Source: Nannocystis sp. SCPEA4 (GTDB taxonomy: Bacteria; Myxococcota_A; Polyangia; Nannocystales; Nannocystaceae). Taken from it: 64,000 bases of DNA. Shown here piece after piece: positions 39,284 through 48,999 of this stretch (the stretch's first letter is position 1; each line of letters starts with the position of its first letter). The stretch is from positions 105,329 to 169,328 of the forward strand of contig NZ_JAPNJX010000021.1 of assembly GCF_026626685.1 (NCBI RefSeq), in the 5' to 3' direction. The notes under the pieces are model-generated. The model was not told where the DNA came from and did no database searches. It saw nothing but the letters and a program-made list of their open reading frames with translations. Made by a program: the position numbers and the translations under genes.

Positions 39284-40744
39284 TCACGCCGGCGTGAACA
39301 CGAACGGATACGTCACCGCCGTCGAGCCTGCCCCCTCGGCCCGCGGGAACTTCCACCGCCGCACCGCCTGGGCGACGCAGGCCGACAGCGCCTGATCGCG
39401 GACATCGCTGTCGATCGCCGCGGCACTGGTCACCTGGCCCCCGCCGCCGATCACGAACTGCACGCTCACCCTGCCCTTCGCCTCCGGATCGCGGGCCAGT
39501 GTCTGATTGTAGCAGTGGCGGACCTCGGCCAGGTGCGCGCGGACGATCCGGCGAATGATGTCGCGGTCGAGGGCGCCCTGGGCCTCGCCGCTGCCCGGTC
39601 GCACTGTCGGCACCCGTGTGCCACGGCCGCCGAACGCCACGCCCGACCGCGACTGCCACGAGTTCGCCTCGACCCCACACCCGCAGCCCTTGCCGATCAG
39701 GCCGACCACGTCGAGGCCGGCCCCCTCGCCCGACAGCGGTCCGCCGCGCCCGGTGCCGACCAGTCCGAGGCCGCCGAGGCCGATCTCGCCGACCTGCGAG
39801 CCGCCTGCTCCGCCCCACACGTCGGCGTCGCCGTCGGCCCCGGCGTACGCCTCGCCCGCCCCGACGAACCCGCTCGCCTGCATCAGCCCGAGCACCCCGG
39901 CGCTGCGGGCCGCCTGCGCCGGATCGTGCCCGCGGCCCAGCGCCGGCACCGTGCTCGCCGGACCACGCGCCAGCCCGCCGAGCCGCGGCTGACGCACCGC
40001 CCGACCCGCCGACACACCTGTCTCTCCGGACATCCCGCCTACATCCGTGTCGTCGCCCGGGCTCGCCGCCTGCTCGCGCGCCGGCAGGGTCGCGCGCACC
40101 ACCCGACCGACGTAACGCTCGTCGTCCGGCCCCAGATCGACCTGTCGTATCGACAATGCCTCTTGAGACATGTGCAAAAGTACAGCCTCGAAACCGATCA
40201 ACCCGAGCCCCGCGGTCGCGATCGAGCGCAGCGGCAGATCGAGGCCGCCGCGCGCGATCGTCGTCGTCTCCGGCTGGACCGCGCGGATCTCCAGCGTCAC
40301 GGGTCCATGCGTCAGCGTGCAGCCGCTCGTGGGCACCCGCCGACAGCCGGCGGTGGTGAACATCCACGGACCGGTCGCGCCGGCGACGAAGCGCGGCGTC
40401 GCGGCGCGCGGCAGGCCGGGCAGCCGCTGCGACGGGCGTTCGCGCAGGCGCGACAGTCCGACCACCAGCGGCACCAGACCGAGCAGCGCCAGCGCCCCGC
40501 CGAGGCCCCCGGTGCCGAGCCCGGGCGCGGGCGGTCGCACCTCGCCGCGCAGCTGCGCGGCCGCCACCGCGGCGGCGTAACCGGACCAGTCCTGACGCAC
40601 CTCGCTGGCGAACAGCCCGAGCCCCCCGGCAAACACCAGCGCGCCGAGGCCCAGCGCCAGCGCACCGCGGCGACGCGGCGCAGGCCGCAGGTGGACCACG
40701 TCCAGCGTCGTGCGGCCGTACGTGGTGACGACTTCGATCCACAT
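39284..40744 (-). CDS. AgmX/PglI C-terminal-domain protein (TonB-C-like; myxobacterial gliding-associated family)
   Basis: N-terminal TM helix, Gly-rich middle, C-terminus LDRDIIRRIVRAHLAEVRHCYN...GRVSVQFVIGGGGQV...CVAQAVRRWKFP matches the AgmX/PglI C-terminal domain. Confidence 0.6.
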   Translation of the reverse strand: MWIEVVTTYGRTTLDVVHLRPAPRRRGALALGLGALVFAGGLGLFASEVRQDWSGYAAAVAAAQLRGEVRPPAPGLGTGGLGGALALLGLVPLVVGLSRLRERPSQRLPGLPRAATPRFVAGATGPWMFTTAGCRRVPTSGCTLTHGPVTLEIRAVQPETTTIARGGLDLPLRSIATAGLGLIGFEAVLLHMSQEALSIRQVDLGPDDERYVGRVVRATLPAREQAASPGDDTDVGGMSGETGVSAGRAVRQPRLGGLARGPASTVPALGRGHDPAQAARSAGVLGLMQASGFVGAGEAYAGADGDADVWGGAGGSQVGEIGLGGLGLVGTGRGGPLSGEGAGLDVVGLIGKGCGCGVEANSWQSRSGVAFGGRGTRVPTVRPGSGEAQGALDRDIIRRIVRAHLAEVRHCYNQTLARDPEAKGRVSVQFVIGGGGQVTSAAAIDSDVRDQALSACVAQAVRRWKFPRAEGAGSTAVTYPFVFTPA

Positions 40745-40820
40745 CGCCGGGCTCTACGCGCCGGTCGGGCCGCCTGTTCCCGCCCGGCCGTATTCTCAGA
40801 TGTCCATCCGGACATGTCCT

Positions 40821-42362
40821 TCAGGACCCATCATCCACGATCTTCAGCGGACCGAGGCCGAGCGGCTCGACCTGGGCGCGGATCGTCGCCGGATCGCCGA
40901 CCAGCACGATCTGCAGCGCGGCCGGCTCGAACCACCTCGTCAGCGCGCGCTCGATGTCGTCGTCGCGCACCGCCCCGAGCCGGCGCAGCTCGGCCGCCAG
41001 AGCGTCGTCGGGCCGGCCCGACACGTGCAGCTGCGCCACCGCGGCGGCGACGTCGGCCACGCGCTGGTGGCTCAGCATGCGCTCGATCTGAAACGCGCGG
41101 CCGAGCAGCCGCAGCACATCGCCGGTCAGGAAGCGGCCCTGCACCGTCTTCAGCTGCGAGATCATCGTCCGCAGCGACGCGCCCGTGGCCGCCGCGTCGA
41201 CCTGGGTCTCGATCGCCAGCAGGCCGCCGCCTCGCGCCGGCGTGTGCGTCACCGACACTCCGTACGTATCGCCGCGATCGCGGCGCAGCACCTCGCGCAG
41301 CGCCGAGCCGACCACCGCCGCGGCCAGCTCGAGCGCGAGGTCGTCGGCGCCCTCGACCGCGCGGCCGACGGCGATGGCCGTCTGCGCCAGCCCGGGCCGC
41401 GGCACCACCAGCACCTCGCGCCGGGCCTGCGCCGGCGCGGCCGGAGACATCGATTCCGCCGCGGCGACGCCCCACCCGCCGAGGCCGGCGACGGCCCGCT
41501 CGAGCTCGGCCCGCGGCAGATCGCCGACGATCACCAGCGTCGGTTGGCCCTCGCGCAGCAATTGGGCATGCAACATTCGGACATGTTCGATCGACCAGCT
41601 CGCCGTCGGGCGCGCCTCGCCGAGCGCGTCGAGGTTCGGCGCGACGCGGCGCACCAGCGCGTGCAGCCCACGCCGCGCCGGATCGCCGTCGCGGCGCTGG
41701 ATCGCCGCCAGTCGCTCGTCTCGCAGCACCTCGACGTCGGCCGGCGTGAATTCCGGCCGGCGCACCGCCGCCGCGATCGTCGCCAGCGCGGGCGCCCACG
41801 CGGCCGCGTCGACCTCGGCCAGCAGCAGCGCCCCGTCGCCGAGCCACGTGGCAGTGAGCGCCCCGCCGTACTCGCCGAGCGCGTCCTCGACCGCGCGATC
41901 GGGTCCGCGGGCCACCAGCTCGAGGGTGAAGCTCGCCAGCGAAAGACCTACCGCACCAGATGTCCGCAAGGCCAGCCCGATCGCCACCGTCGGGCCCGCG
42001 CGGCGCACGTGCAGCAGCCCCGCCCCGATCCGCTCGACCCGCGGCGCGACCACCGGCGGCGCCTCCGTGGGCAGCTCCGGCGGCGTGTAGCGCCACGACT
42101 GATTGCTGGCGCACGCGACGATAAAAGCCATCGCTGCGAGCCACGCGAGGACACCTGCGATCTTGGCCCTCGCCGCCGTCAGTACGACGCGACGCGCCCG
42201 CTGCCGCGGCCCTGCGTCGCTGTCGGCGCTCTCGCCGGAGCCCCACGACGCCGCTCGGACCGGCGCGGGGCTCGCCGGCTGAAGTTCAGCGCCGACTGTC
42301 CCGAAGGACACACCAAGGTCGACGGGCGCATCGTCGATCATGATCGGCCGCCTCCCGCTCAT
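40821..42362 (-). CDS. M16-family peptidase, non-catalytic (HxxEH-less) subunit
   Basis: 513 aa with insulinase-like fold signatures and no HxxEH. Start ATG overlaps the upstream stop (ATGA). Confidence 0.7.
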   Translation of the reverse strand: MSGRRPIMIDDAPVDLGVSFGTVGAELQPASPAPVRAASWGSGESADSDAGPRQRARRVVLTAARAKIAGVLAWLAAMAFIVACASNQSWRYTPPELPTEAPPVVAPRVERIGAGLLHVRRAGPTVAIGLALRTSGAVGLSLASFTLELVARGPDRAVEDALGEYGGALTATWLGDGALLLAEVDAAAWAPALATIAAAVRRPEFTPADVEVLRDERLAAIQRRDGDPARRGLHALVRRVAPNLDALGEARPTASWSIEHVRMLHAQLLREGQPTLVIVGDLPRAELERAVAGLGGWGVAAAESMSPAAPAQARREVLVVPRPGLAQTAIAVGRAVEGADDLALELAAAVVGSALREVLRRDRGDTYGVSVTHTPARGGGLLAIETQVDAAATGASLRTMISQLKTVQGRFLTGDVLRLLGRAFQIERMLSHQRVADVAAAVAQLHVSGRPDDALAAELRRLGAVRDDDIERALTRWFEPAALQIVLVGDPATIRAQVEPLGLGPLKIVDDGS

Positions 42363-43651
42363 CGCTCCCCCTCCGCCAGCACCGTCACGCGCGCCTCGGG
42401 TCGCAGCACCTCGCGCACCAGGCGGGCGACCGCCTCCGGCGTCACTGCCGACCATTCATCGCGGTCGGTCGATCCCCCGAGCGGCTTGCCGGCCGCCGCC
42501 TCGCTCGCCAGCAGATCGGCGCGGTCCTGCAGCTCCTGGCTCGCGCTGCGGTGCGCTCGCGCGATCCGCAGGCGAGCGCGTCGCAGGGCCGCCTCGTCGA
42601 GCGCCCCCGCGGCCACGCGGGCCAGCACGCGATCGACCTCCGCGACGAGCCCCTCCGGCGTCGCGCCCACGCGACCGATCACCCGCACGAAGAAGATCGA
42701 CTGGTTCGGCAGGCTGCGCTGCGTCGCCGAGAATTCGGCGACCTGCTGCGGCGCCTCGGCGCGGGCCAGGCGGACGAAGCCGCCGCGCTCGAGCGCCTCG
42801 GCGAGCACGTCCGCGGCCGCGTCGCCGTCGCCGTCGAGCGCGGGCGACGGCCAGGCCATGAGCACCGCAGGGGCTGCGCCGATCGGCTGCTCCGCGGCCA
42901 CGCGCCGCTCCTGCGTCGGCCTCACGATCGGCACCGTGCGCGCGGCCGGCCGCGGCGTGCCCGGCAACCCGCCGAATTGGCGCTCGATCCACGTCGTCGT
43001 CTCGGCCGGCAGGTCGCCGACCAGCACCAGCGTCGCGTTGCCCGGCTGCACCCAGCGGCCGAGGAACGCGTCGACGTCGGCGATCGTCGCGGCAGCGAGA
43101 TCGTCGGCGCTGCCGATCACCGCCCCGTGATACGGGTGGCCCGCCGGGAACAACGCCGACAACGCCTGGATCTCGAGCCGCGCGAACGGGTCCTGCTCGG
43201 CCCGTTCGCGCCGCTCGTTGATCACGATCCGGCGCACCGCGTCGAGCGTGGCCGCTCCGTGCTGGCTGCGCACGAAGCCCAGGCGATCGGCCTCGATCCA
43301 CAGCACGTGCTCGGTCGCCTGCGCCGGCGCCGTGTAGTAATACTCGGTCGCATAGAACCCGGTCTCCGCGTTGTTTGCGTGGGCCGACAGCAGGTACTCG
43401 AGCATCTCACGCTGCTCGCGGGGCACGTGGGTCGACCCTTCGTGGGCCATGTGTTCGACCACGTGGGCCAGCCCGCTGCGCCCGCGCGGATCGTCGACGC
43501 TGCCGGCGTGGATCCGCAGGCGCACCGCGACCAGCGGGGCCCGGCGATCGTGGCGGAGGATCACCTCGAGCCCGTTGTCGAGGTGGTAGTGCGCGTCCTG
43601 GCCCGGCGTCACGGTCGGCGCGGCGAGCAGCGCGAGCAAGGCGGCGATCAT
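42359..43651 (-). CDS. M16-family zinc peptidase (pitrilysin/insulinase-like), catalytic subunit
   Basis: HVVEHMAHEGS inverted zincin motif, signal-like N-terminus. 430 aa. Confidence 0.8.
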   Translation of the reverse strand: MIAALLALLAAPTVTPGQDAHYHLDNGLEVILRHDRRAPLVAVRLRIHAGSVDDPRGRSGLAHVVEHMAHEGSTHVPREQREMLEYLLSAHANNAETGFYATEYYYTAPAQATEHVLWIEADRLGFVRSQHGAATLDAVRRIVINERRERAEQDPFARLEIQALSALFPAGHPYHGAVIGSADDLAAATIADVDAFLGRWVQPGNATLVLVGDLPAETTTWIERQFGGLPGTPRPAARTVPIVRPTQERRVAAEQPIGAAPAVLMAWPSPALDGDGDAAADVLAEALERGGFVRLARAEAPQQVAEFSATQRSLPNQSIFFVRVIGRVGATPEGLVAEVDRVLARVAAGALDEAALRRARLRIARAHRSASQELQDRADLLASEAAAGKPLGGSTDRDEWSAVTPEAVARLVREVLRPEARVTVLAEGER

Positions 43652-43740
43652 CGCCTACAACCTATCGGAGGCCGCCGCGTCGGACCGCGGCCCGCGATCG
43701 GAACTCCCTGCCCGTCCGCAGCCGCGGGTCGCGTCGCCGC

Positions 43741-44811
43741 TCACATCGGCCGCGGGCGGCAGACCAGCAGCGTGTGGCTGACCCCGAGGTCGTCGTACTC
43801 GCGCTCGACCTCGAGACCGGCCGCGTGCAGGCACGCGAGGAACGTCGTCGAGCGGTACATCTGGCTGGTGCCGTTGGCGACCGCGGTGAAGTAGAGCGAC
43901 GTCATCTGCAGGCAGAAGCTGGCGGCGGCGAAGCGCTGGCGGTCCCAGAACGCCTCGAGGATGTAGATCCTGCAATTGGGCCCGGTGGCCGCGACGCAGC
44001 GGCGCAGGATCGACACGATCTCGGCCTCGGAGAAGCAGTCGAGGAACTGGCTCATCCAGATCGCGTCGAATTCGGCCGGGATCGCCGTGCGCTCGTCGAG
44101 CAGGTCGGCCTCGAGGAAGCGGGCCCGCGCCAGCAGCCCCGCCTCGCGCAGGTTCTGCTCCGCGTTGCGCAGCTGGCCCGGCAGGTCCATCAGCGTCACC
44201 TCGACGTCCGGGTCGTGCTTCATGCAGGCGATCGCCCACTTGCCGGTGTTGCCGCCGATGTCGAGCAGGCGCCGCGGCTTGCCGGCGAACACCAGCGGCA
44301 GCGCCGCCCCGAATGCGCCGTCCGAATAATAGTGGTCGAAGCCGAACCACGACTTTCGCACCGACTCCGGCAATTGCGCGAGCCCCTCGTACACCGTGGC
44401 CCACTCGCCGAACACCTTGAGCCCCTCGGGCTTGCCCGAGGCCACCGCCGCGTCGAGGGCCGCGATCCCGTGGTAGTTCACGTCGCGCGTGAAGTCGAAG
44501 TTGGCGCGCGTCATCGCGTCGTGTTGCACGTACACGCCGGTCTTGGTGATGCGATAGCGACCCTCGACCTCGGCGACCAGCCCGATCCCGAGCCCCGCCT
44601 CGAGCACCACCCGCGTGCCGTAGATCGGCAGCCCGGCCGTGGCCGCCACCTCCTCGAGCGTCAGCCCGTCCTTGCTCTGCTCGATGGCGAGGAGGATCCC
44701 GCGGTCGCGCAGCACGCGGGCCGCCTGGAACACGAACGGAGCGAACGCGATCCACTGCGCGCGCTCCAGCGCTTCGAGCGCGCTGATGGGCTTGGGGGCT
44801 TGAGCGGTCAT
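43741..44811 (-). CDS. Class I SAM-dependent O-methyltransferase (natural-product OMT-like)
   Basis: Dimerisation-domain-like N-terminus, LLDIGGNTGKWA SAM motif I. 356 aa from Met MTAQAPKPI. Confidence 0.75.
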   Translation of the reverse strand: MTAQAPKPISALEALERAQWIAFAPFVFQAARVLRDRGILLAIEQSKDGLTLEEVAATAGLPIYGTRVVLEAGLGIGLVAEVEGRYRITKTGVYVQHDAMTRANFDFTRDVNYHGIAALDAAVASGKPEGLKVFGEWATVYEGLAQLPESVRKSWFGFDHYYSDGAFGAALPLVFAGKPRRLLDIGGNTGKWAIACMKHDPDVEVTLMDLPGQLRNAEQNLREAGLLARARFLEADLLDERTAIPAEFDAIWMSQFLDCFSEAEIVSILRRCVAATGPNCRIYILEAFWDRQRFAAASFCLQMTSLYFTAVANGTSQMYRSTTFLACLHAAGLEVEREYDDLGVSHTLLVCRPRPM

Positions 44812-45120
44812 GCCGGAGGCCCGACTTTCGCTCACCGTGGCCCCGCCGACGAGTGGCACAGCCCCTACTCGGCAGAGAGCGTTTTCGCGCATCGCCGGGA
44901 GCAACTACCGCGGCTGCGGCCCCCCAGCACGCGCCGGCGCGCCCGTCCCCGCCCACCACGGGCGGGCCGGCCGCCCCGCCTCGCCCTGCTGAGGACGGGC
45001 GATCTCCTCTCGTGCCGACCACGGTCGCCAAGTTCCTGTGTCTGCAGGCCGCCGCGCACGCTCTCGCGTGCTCCCGACATTCTCGGTCGACGCGGCCATG
45101 CTCGCGGCGCCCGCATTGAA

Positions 45121-45175
45121 CAATATGCCCATAAGGACATGTCGATAACGCCATGTCCTCATGGACTCTCGTGGC
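45121..45175. repeat. Intergenic 14-bp-period GACATGTC-family array
   Basis: CAATATGCCCATAAG / GACATGTCGATAAC / GCCATGTCCTCATG / GACTCTCG. Confidence 0.65.
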
Positions 45176-45217
45176 ATTCTCGCCGGCGGCTCGCGCGCGC
45201 GAGCCGCCGGCCATTCG

Positions 45218-46438
45218 TCACACCGGCGGCGCGCAGTCGCGGGCGATCTGCGCCACCGCCTCGGCCCGCGGCAGCACCTGCTGCTGTTCGCGGATCCGCA
45301 GCGCCAGCGCCTCGCCGGCGGCCTCGCGGGCGCCGATCACCGCGAACATCGGCACCCCGTTCGCGTGGGCCTCGGCGACCCGGCGGGCCAGCGTCTCGCG
45401 GCGGTCGTCGAGCTCGACGCGCACCCCGGCCGCCCGCAATTCGGCGACTGCCGCCGCGGCCGCCTCGTTCTGCCCCGGGGCCACCGGCGCCACCACCACC
45501 TGCACGGGAGCCAGCCAGGCCGGCAGCGCCCCTGCGTGGTGCTCGAGCACGATCGCCAGGAAGCGCTCGACGCTGCCGTAGATCGCGCGGTGCAGCATCG
45601 CCGGGCGCCGGCGCTGGCCGGCCTCGTCGATGTAATGCAGGTCGAACCGCGAGGGCAGGTTGAAGTCGAGCTGGATCGTCCCGCACTGCCACGAGCGGCC
45701 GAGGCGGTCGCGCAGCGAGAACTCGAGCTTGGGCCCGTAGAACGCGCCCTCGCCCGGCTGCACCGCGCAATCGAGGCCGGCGTCGCGGGCCGCCGCGGCG
45801 AGCAGCGCCTCGGCGCGATCCCACGTCGCGTCGTCGCCGACTCGCTCGGGCGGGCGCGTCGACAGGCCCACCGCGAAATCGACGAAGCCGAACGCCGCGT
45901 AGAACTGGCGGGCGCCGCGGCAAAATCGCACGATCTCGGGCCCGATCTGGTCCTCGGCGCAGAACACGTGGCCGTCGTCCTGCGTGAACTGTCGCAGGCG
46001 GAACAGCCCGTGCAGCGTCCCGCTCGGCTCGTCGCGGTGGCACAGGCCGAACTCGCACACCCGCAGCGGCAGGTCGCGGTACGACAGCGCGCTGCGCTGG
46101 GCGATCTGGATGTGACCGGGGCACGAGACCGGCTTCAGCGCCGCGCCGCAGCCCTCGTCGGCGACTGCGAACATTCCGTGGCGGAAGTGCTCCCAGTGGC
46201 CGCTCTTCTCCCAGATCGGCTGTCTCAACAATTGCGGCGTGCGCACCTCGTGGTAGCCGTCGGCGGCGGCGCGGCGGCGGGCCGCGTCCTCGAGCGCGCG
46301 GACGAGGAGCAGGCCTTTCGGGTGCCAGAACACCATCGCCGGGGCCTCTTCCTGCAGGTGGAACAGGCCGAGGCGCGGCCCGAGGGCGCGGTGGTCGTGG
46401 GCGTCGAGGACGGAATGGGGGCTGATGTCGTGACTCAT
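45218..46438 (-). CDS. Threonyl-tRNA synthetase paralog consisting only of the catalytic core plus anticodon-binding domain
   Basis: 406 aa. Begins at the equivalent of the ThrRS catalytic-domain start (DHRALGPRLGLFHLQEEAPAMVFWHPKG). Zinc ligands conserved (PVSCPGH, EFGLCHRDE, MLHRAIYGS). Class II motifs present. The N-terminal TGS and editing domains are absent. Confidence 0.8.
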   Translation of the reverse strand: MSHDISPHSVLDAHDHRALGPRLGLFHLQEEAPAMVFWHPKGLLLVRALEDAARRRAAADGYHEVRTPQLLRQPIWEKSGHWEHFRHGMFAVADEGCGAALKPVSCPGHIQIAQRSALSYRDLPLRVCEFGLCHRDEPSGTLHGLFRLRQFTQDDGHVFCAEDQIGPEIVRFCRGARQFYAAFGFVDFAVGLSTRPPERVGDDATWDRAEALLAAAARDAGLDCAVQPGEGAFYGPKLEFSLRDRLGRSWQCGTIQLDFNLPSRFDLHYIDEAGQRRRPAMLHRAIYGSVERFLAIVLEHHAGALPAWLAPVQVVVAPVAPGQNEAAAAAVAELRAAGVRVELDDRRETLARRVAEAHANGVPMFAVIGAREAAGEALALRIREQQQVLPRAEAVAQIARDCAPPV

Positions 46439-46905
46439 GGCGGCGGACTCCTGGGGGCAAAGGGCCGACCGGACGGAGCGACGCCACCGAGACGCGCGAA
46501 ACCCCGCCGGCTCGGGCGGGGTTTCGCAGGGCGTGGACGACTCTCTCAGCGCACGCGCACGCGACCGACCCCACCCGGATGGGTGGTAGTGGTGGTCGCG
46601 GTGGTGGCGCGCCGGAGCATCGAATTCGGGGATACACGCCACCCTTCGATCGGTCAAGGCGAATGCCCGTGCGGAAGCTCGTATACGCCGGTGTGGGCAT
46701 TCGCCGAGCGCCAATCCAATCACCCCGGTCAGGCGAGGTCTGCCGTGATTGTGACGTCGGCCGCTCGCTCCGCCGCGGCCGCGGCGGTCATCACTCACAT
46801 GTCTCTTCAGACAGGCGAAGCCTTCACCGCCCGCGCGGGCGATCGCGCGCCCGTACTCGGGGACGCCCGCTTCCGGCCGTGGCCGCGCTGTCGTATCACT
46901 GCGCC

Positions 46906-48243
46906 ATGCCCACATCAGGCTCCGGGCCGGCGAATCGGCGCGCGCTCGTGATCGGCGGCGGGATCGCCGGCCTCCTCGCCGCTCGCGTGCTCACGCGTCA
47001 CTACGAGCGCGTCACCGTCCTCGACCGCGACCTCTTGCCGGGCGGACCGGAGCCGCGCGCCGGCGCCCCGCAGAGCCACCACGTCCACGTCCTGCTGACG
47101 CGCGGCTGGCAGATCCTGAGCGAGCAGTTCCCCGGCCTCGGCGACGCGCTCGCGGCCGCGGGGGCGCACGAGTACGACTGGCTGGCCGACGTCGAGTGGC
47201 ACACCCCGTTCGGCGTCATGCCGCGCGGGCCCTCGACGCTGCGCTCGCGCGCCTGCACCCGCGGCTTGCTCGAGTGGAACGTGCGCGCGCGCCTCGTCGC
47301 CGACGATCGCGTGCGCGTGCACGCGGGTTACGAGGTGACCGGTCTGCAGAACGCGGGCGAGCGGATCGTCGGCGTGCAGGTCCACCGCCGCGCCGGCGCG
47401 CCCGAGCTCGCGGTCGACGACCTGCGCGCCGACCTGGTCGTCGACGCCAGCGGCCGCGCCTCCAAGGCCCCGACCTGGCTGGCCGCGCTCGGCTACCCCG
47501 AGCCCGCCGAGACCGTCATCGACGCCCAGCTCGGCTACGCCACCCGCCTCTACGAGCTGCGCGCGCGGCCCGACTGGAAGGTCCTCTACATCATGGGCAA
47601 GCCGGGCCAGAACCCGCGCGGCGGGGTCGTGTACGCGGTCGAGGGCGGGCGTCACATCGTCACGCTGGTCGGCTACGGCGGCGCCTTCCCGCCGACCGAC
47701 GAGGCCGGCTTCCTCGAGTTCGCGGGCGGCCTGCGGACCCCCGCGCTGCGCGACGTGCTGGCCGGCGCCACCCCGTGCAGCAGCATCCACGGCTATCGCC
47801 GGACCGAGAACCGCCTGCGCCACTACGAGCGCCTGCGCCGCTGGCCGCACGGCTTCGTCGTGCTCGGCGACGCCGCCTGCGCCCTCAACCCCGTCTACGG
47901 CCAGGGCATGAGCGTCGCCGCCGTCGCCTCGACTCACCTCGACGCCGAGCTGCGCGCGCGCCCCGGCCAACCGCCCGGCCTACGCTTTCAGAAGCGCCTC
48001 GCCGCCGGCAACCAGGCCGCCTTCATGACCGCCGTCGGCGACGACCTGCGCTGGCCCGGGACCACCGGCAAACCGTCACCTGGCCTCAAGGTCATGCACC
48101 GACTGGTCGACCGGATCTTCAGCGCCGCCACCCACTCGCCCGACGTCCAGCTGCGCATGATGCAGGTGCTGCACCTGCTGCGCCCGAGCAGCGCCCTGTT
48201 CCACCCCAGCGTGCTGCGCCGCGCCCTGCTCGGCTCGCGTTGA
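46906..48243 (+). CDS. FAD-dependent oxidoreductase/monooxygenase
   Basis: RALVIGGGIAGLLAARVL dinucleotide-binding motif, internal GD/DG-type motifs. 445 aa from Met MPTSGSG. Confidence 0.75.
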   Translation: MPTSGSGPANRRALVIGGGIAGLLAARVLTRHYERVTVLDRDLLPGGPEPRAGAPQSHHVHVLLTRGWQILSEQFPGLGDALAAAGAHEYDWLADVEWHTPFGVMPRGPSTLRSRACTRGLLEWNVRARLVADDRVRVHAGYEVTGLQNAGERIVGVQVHRRAGAPELAVDDLRADLVVDASGRASKAPTWLAALGYPEPAETVIDAQLGYATRLYELRARPDWKVLYIMGKPGQNPRGGVVYAVEGGRHIVTLVGYGGAFPPTDEAGFLEFAGGLRTPALRDVLAGATPCSSIHGYRRTENRLRHYERLRRWPHGFVVLGDAACALNPVYGQGMSVAAVASTHLDAELRARPGQPPGLRFQKRLAAGNQAAFMTAVGDDLRWPGTTGKPSPGLKVMHRLVDRIFSAATHSPDVQLRMMQVLHLLRPSSALFHPSVLRRALLGSR

Positions 48244-48278
48244 GGATAGAAGGCGCGGAGCCCGGAGGACGGACGGCG

Positions 48279-48767
48279 TCACCGCTGCGCCGGTCCGGCC
48301 GCGAGCATCGGCGACAGCTCGAGCAGCAGCACCGGCCACAGCTGCAGGACGCCGGCGATCAGCGCGGCCGCGGCGTAGGTCTGCCACGCGCGCACGCCGG
48401 CCCGCCAGGCGTCGCGGAACGTGAGCGCCGCGAGCGGCAGGAAGAACACCATCGCGCTGATGCAGCCGGGGTTGGGGTGCCCGCCGGTCAGCGACGGCAG
48501 CAGGTGGAACAGCAGCGCGTTTATCACCATCAGCGCCGGGAACACCAGGGCGCAGGCCGGCATCCGCCAGCCGATCATCGCCGTCGTCACGCCGATGACG
48601 ATCACCACCGCGTTGGTGACATAAAAGGTCGACCAGCCGGGGAACATCATGCCGACCGACTGCGCCCAATCGAGCCAACCGAAGGCCAGCTCTTCCATGA
48701 TGTGCAGGCCGTACGCAGGGACGCACAGCCAGAGCATGCTCGAGAAGGGGTCGCGTTCCGTCGTCAT
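48279..48767 (-). CDS. HXXEE-domain membrane protein
   Basis: LHIMEELAFGW motif in the first TM, about 5 TM helices. 162 aa. Confidence 0.5.
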   Translation of the reverse strand: MTTERDPFSSMLWLCVPAYGLHIMEELAFGWLDWAQSVGMMFPGWSTFYVTNAVVIVIGVTTAMIGWRMPACALVFPALMVINALLFHLLPSLTGGHPNPGCISAMVFFLPLAALTFRDAWRAGVRAWQTYAAAALIAGVLQLWPVLLLELSPMLAAGPAQR

Positions 48768-48999
48768 GCCCCGAACATGCCGGACCGCACGGCGCCCCGC
48801 TTGACCGGCGGCGCCAGCCGTCGAACCGAACGCGCCAGTCAGTGCCGCGACCGGGTCCTTTCGAGCAGGCCTCGCCAGTTCTCCGCCACCCTGGCCGCGT
48901 TGCTCGTCGCTCACATATTGGCCCGACATGCTCCTCCTCGCGCTTGCCAGCCTGTCGCAGCCCGGCGCGAGGACGACTCGAAAGGACCCGGTCGCGGCG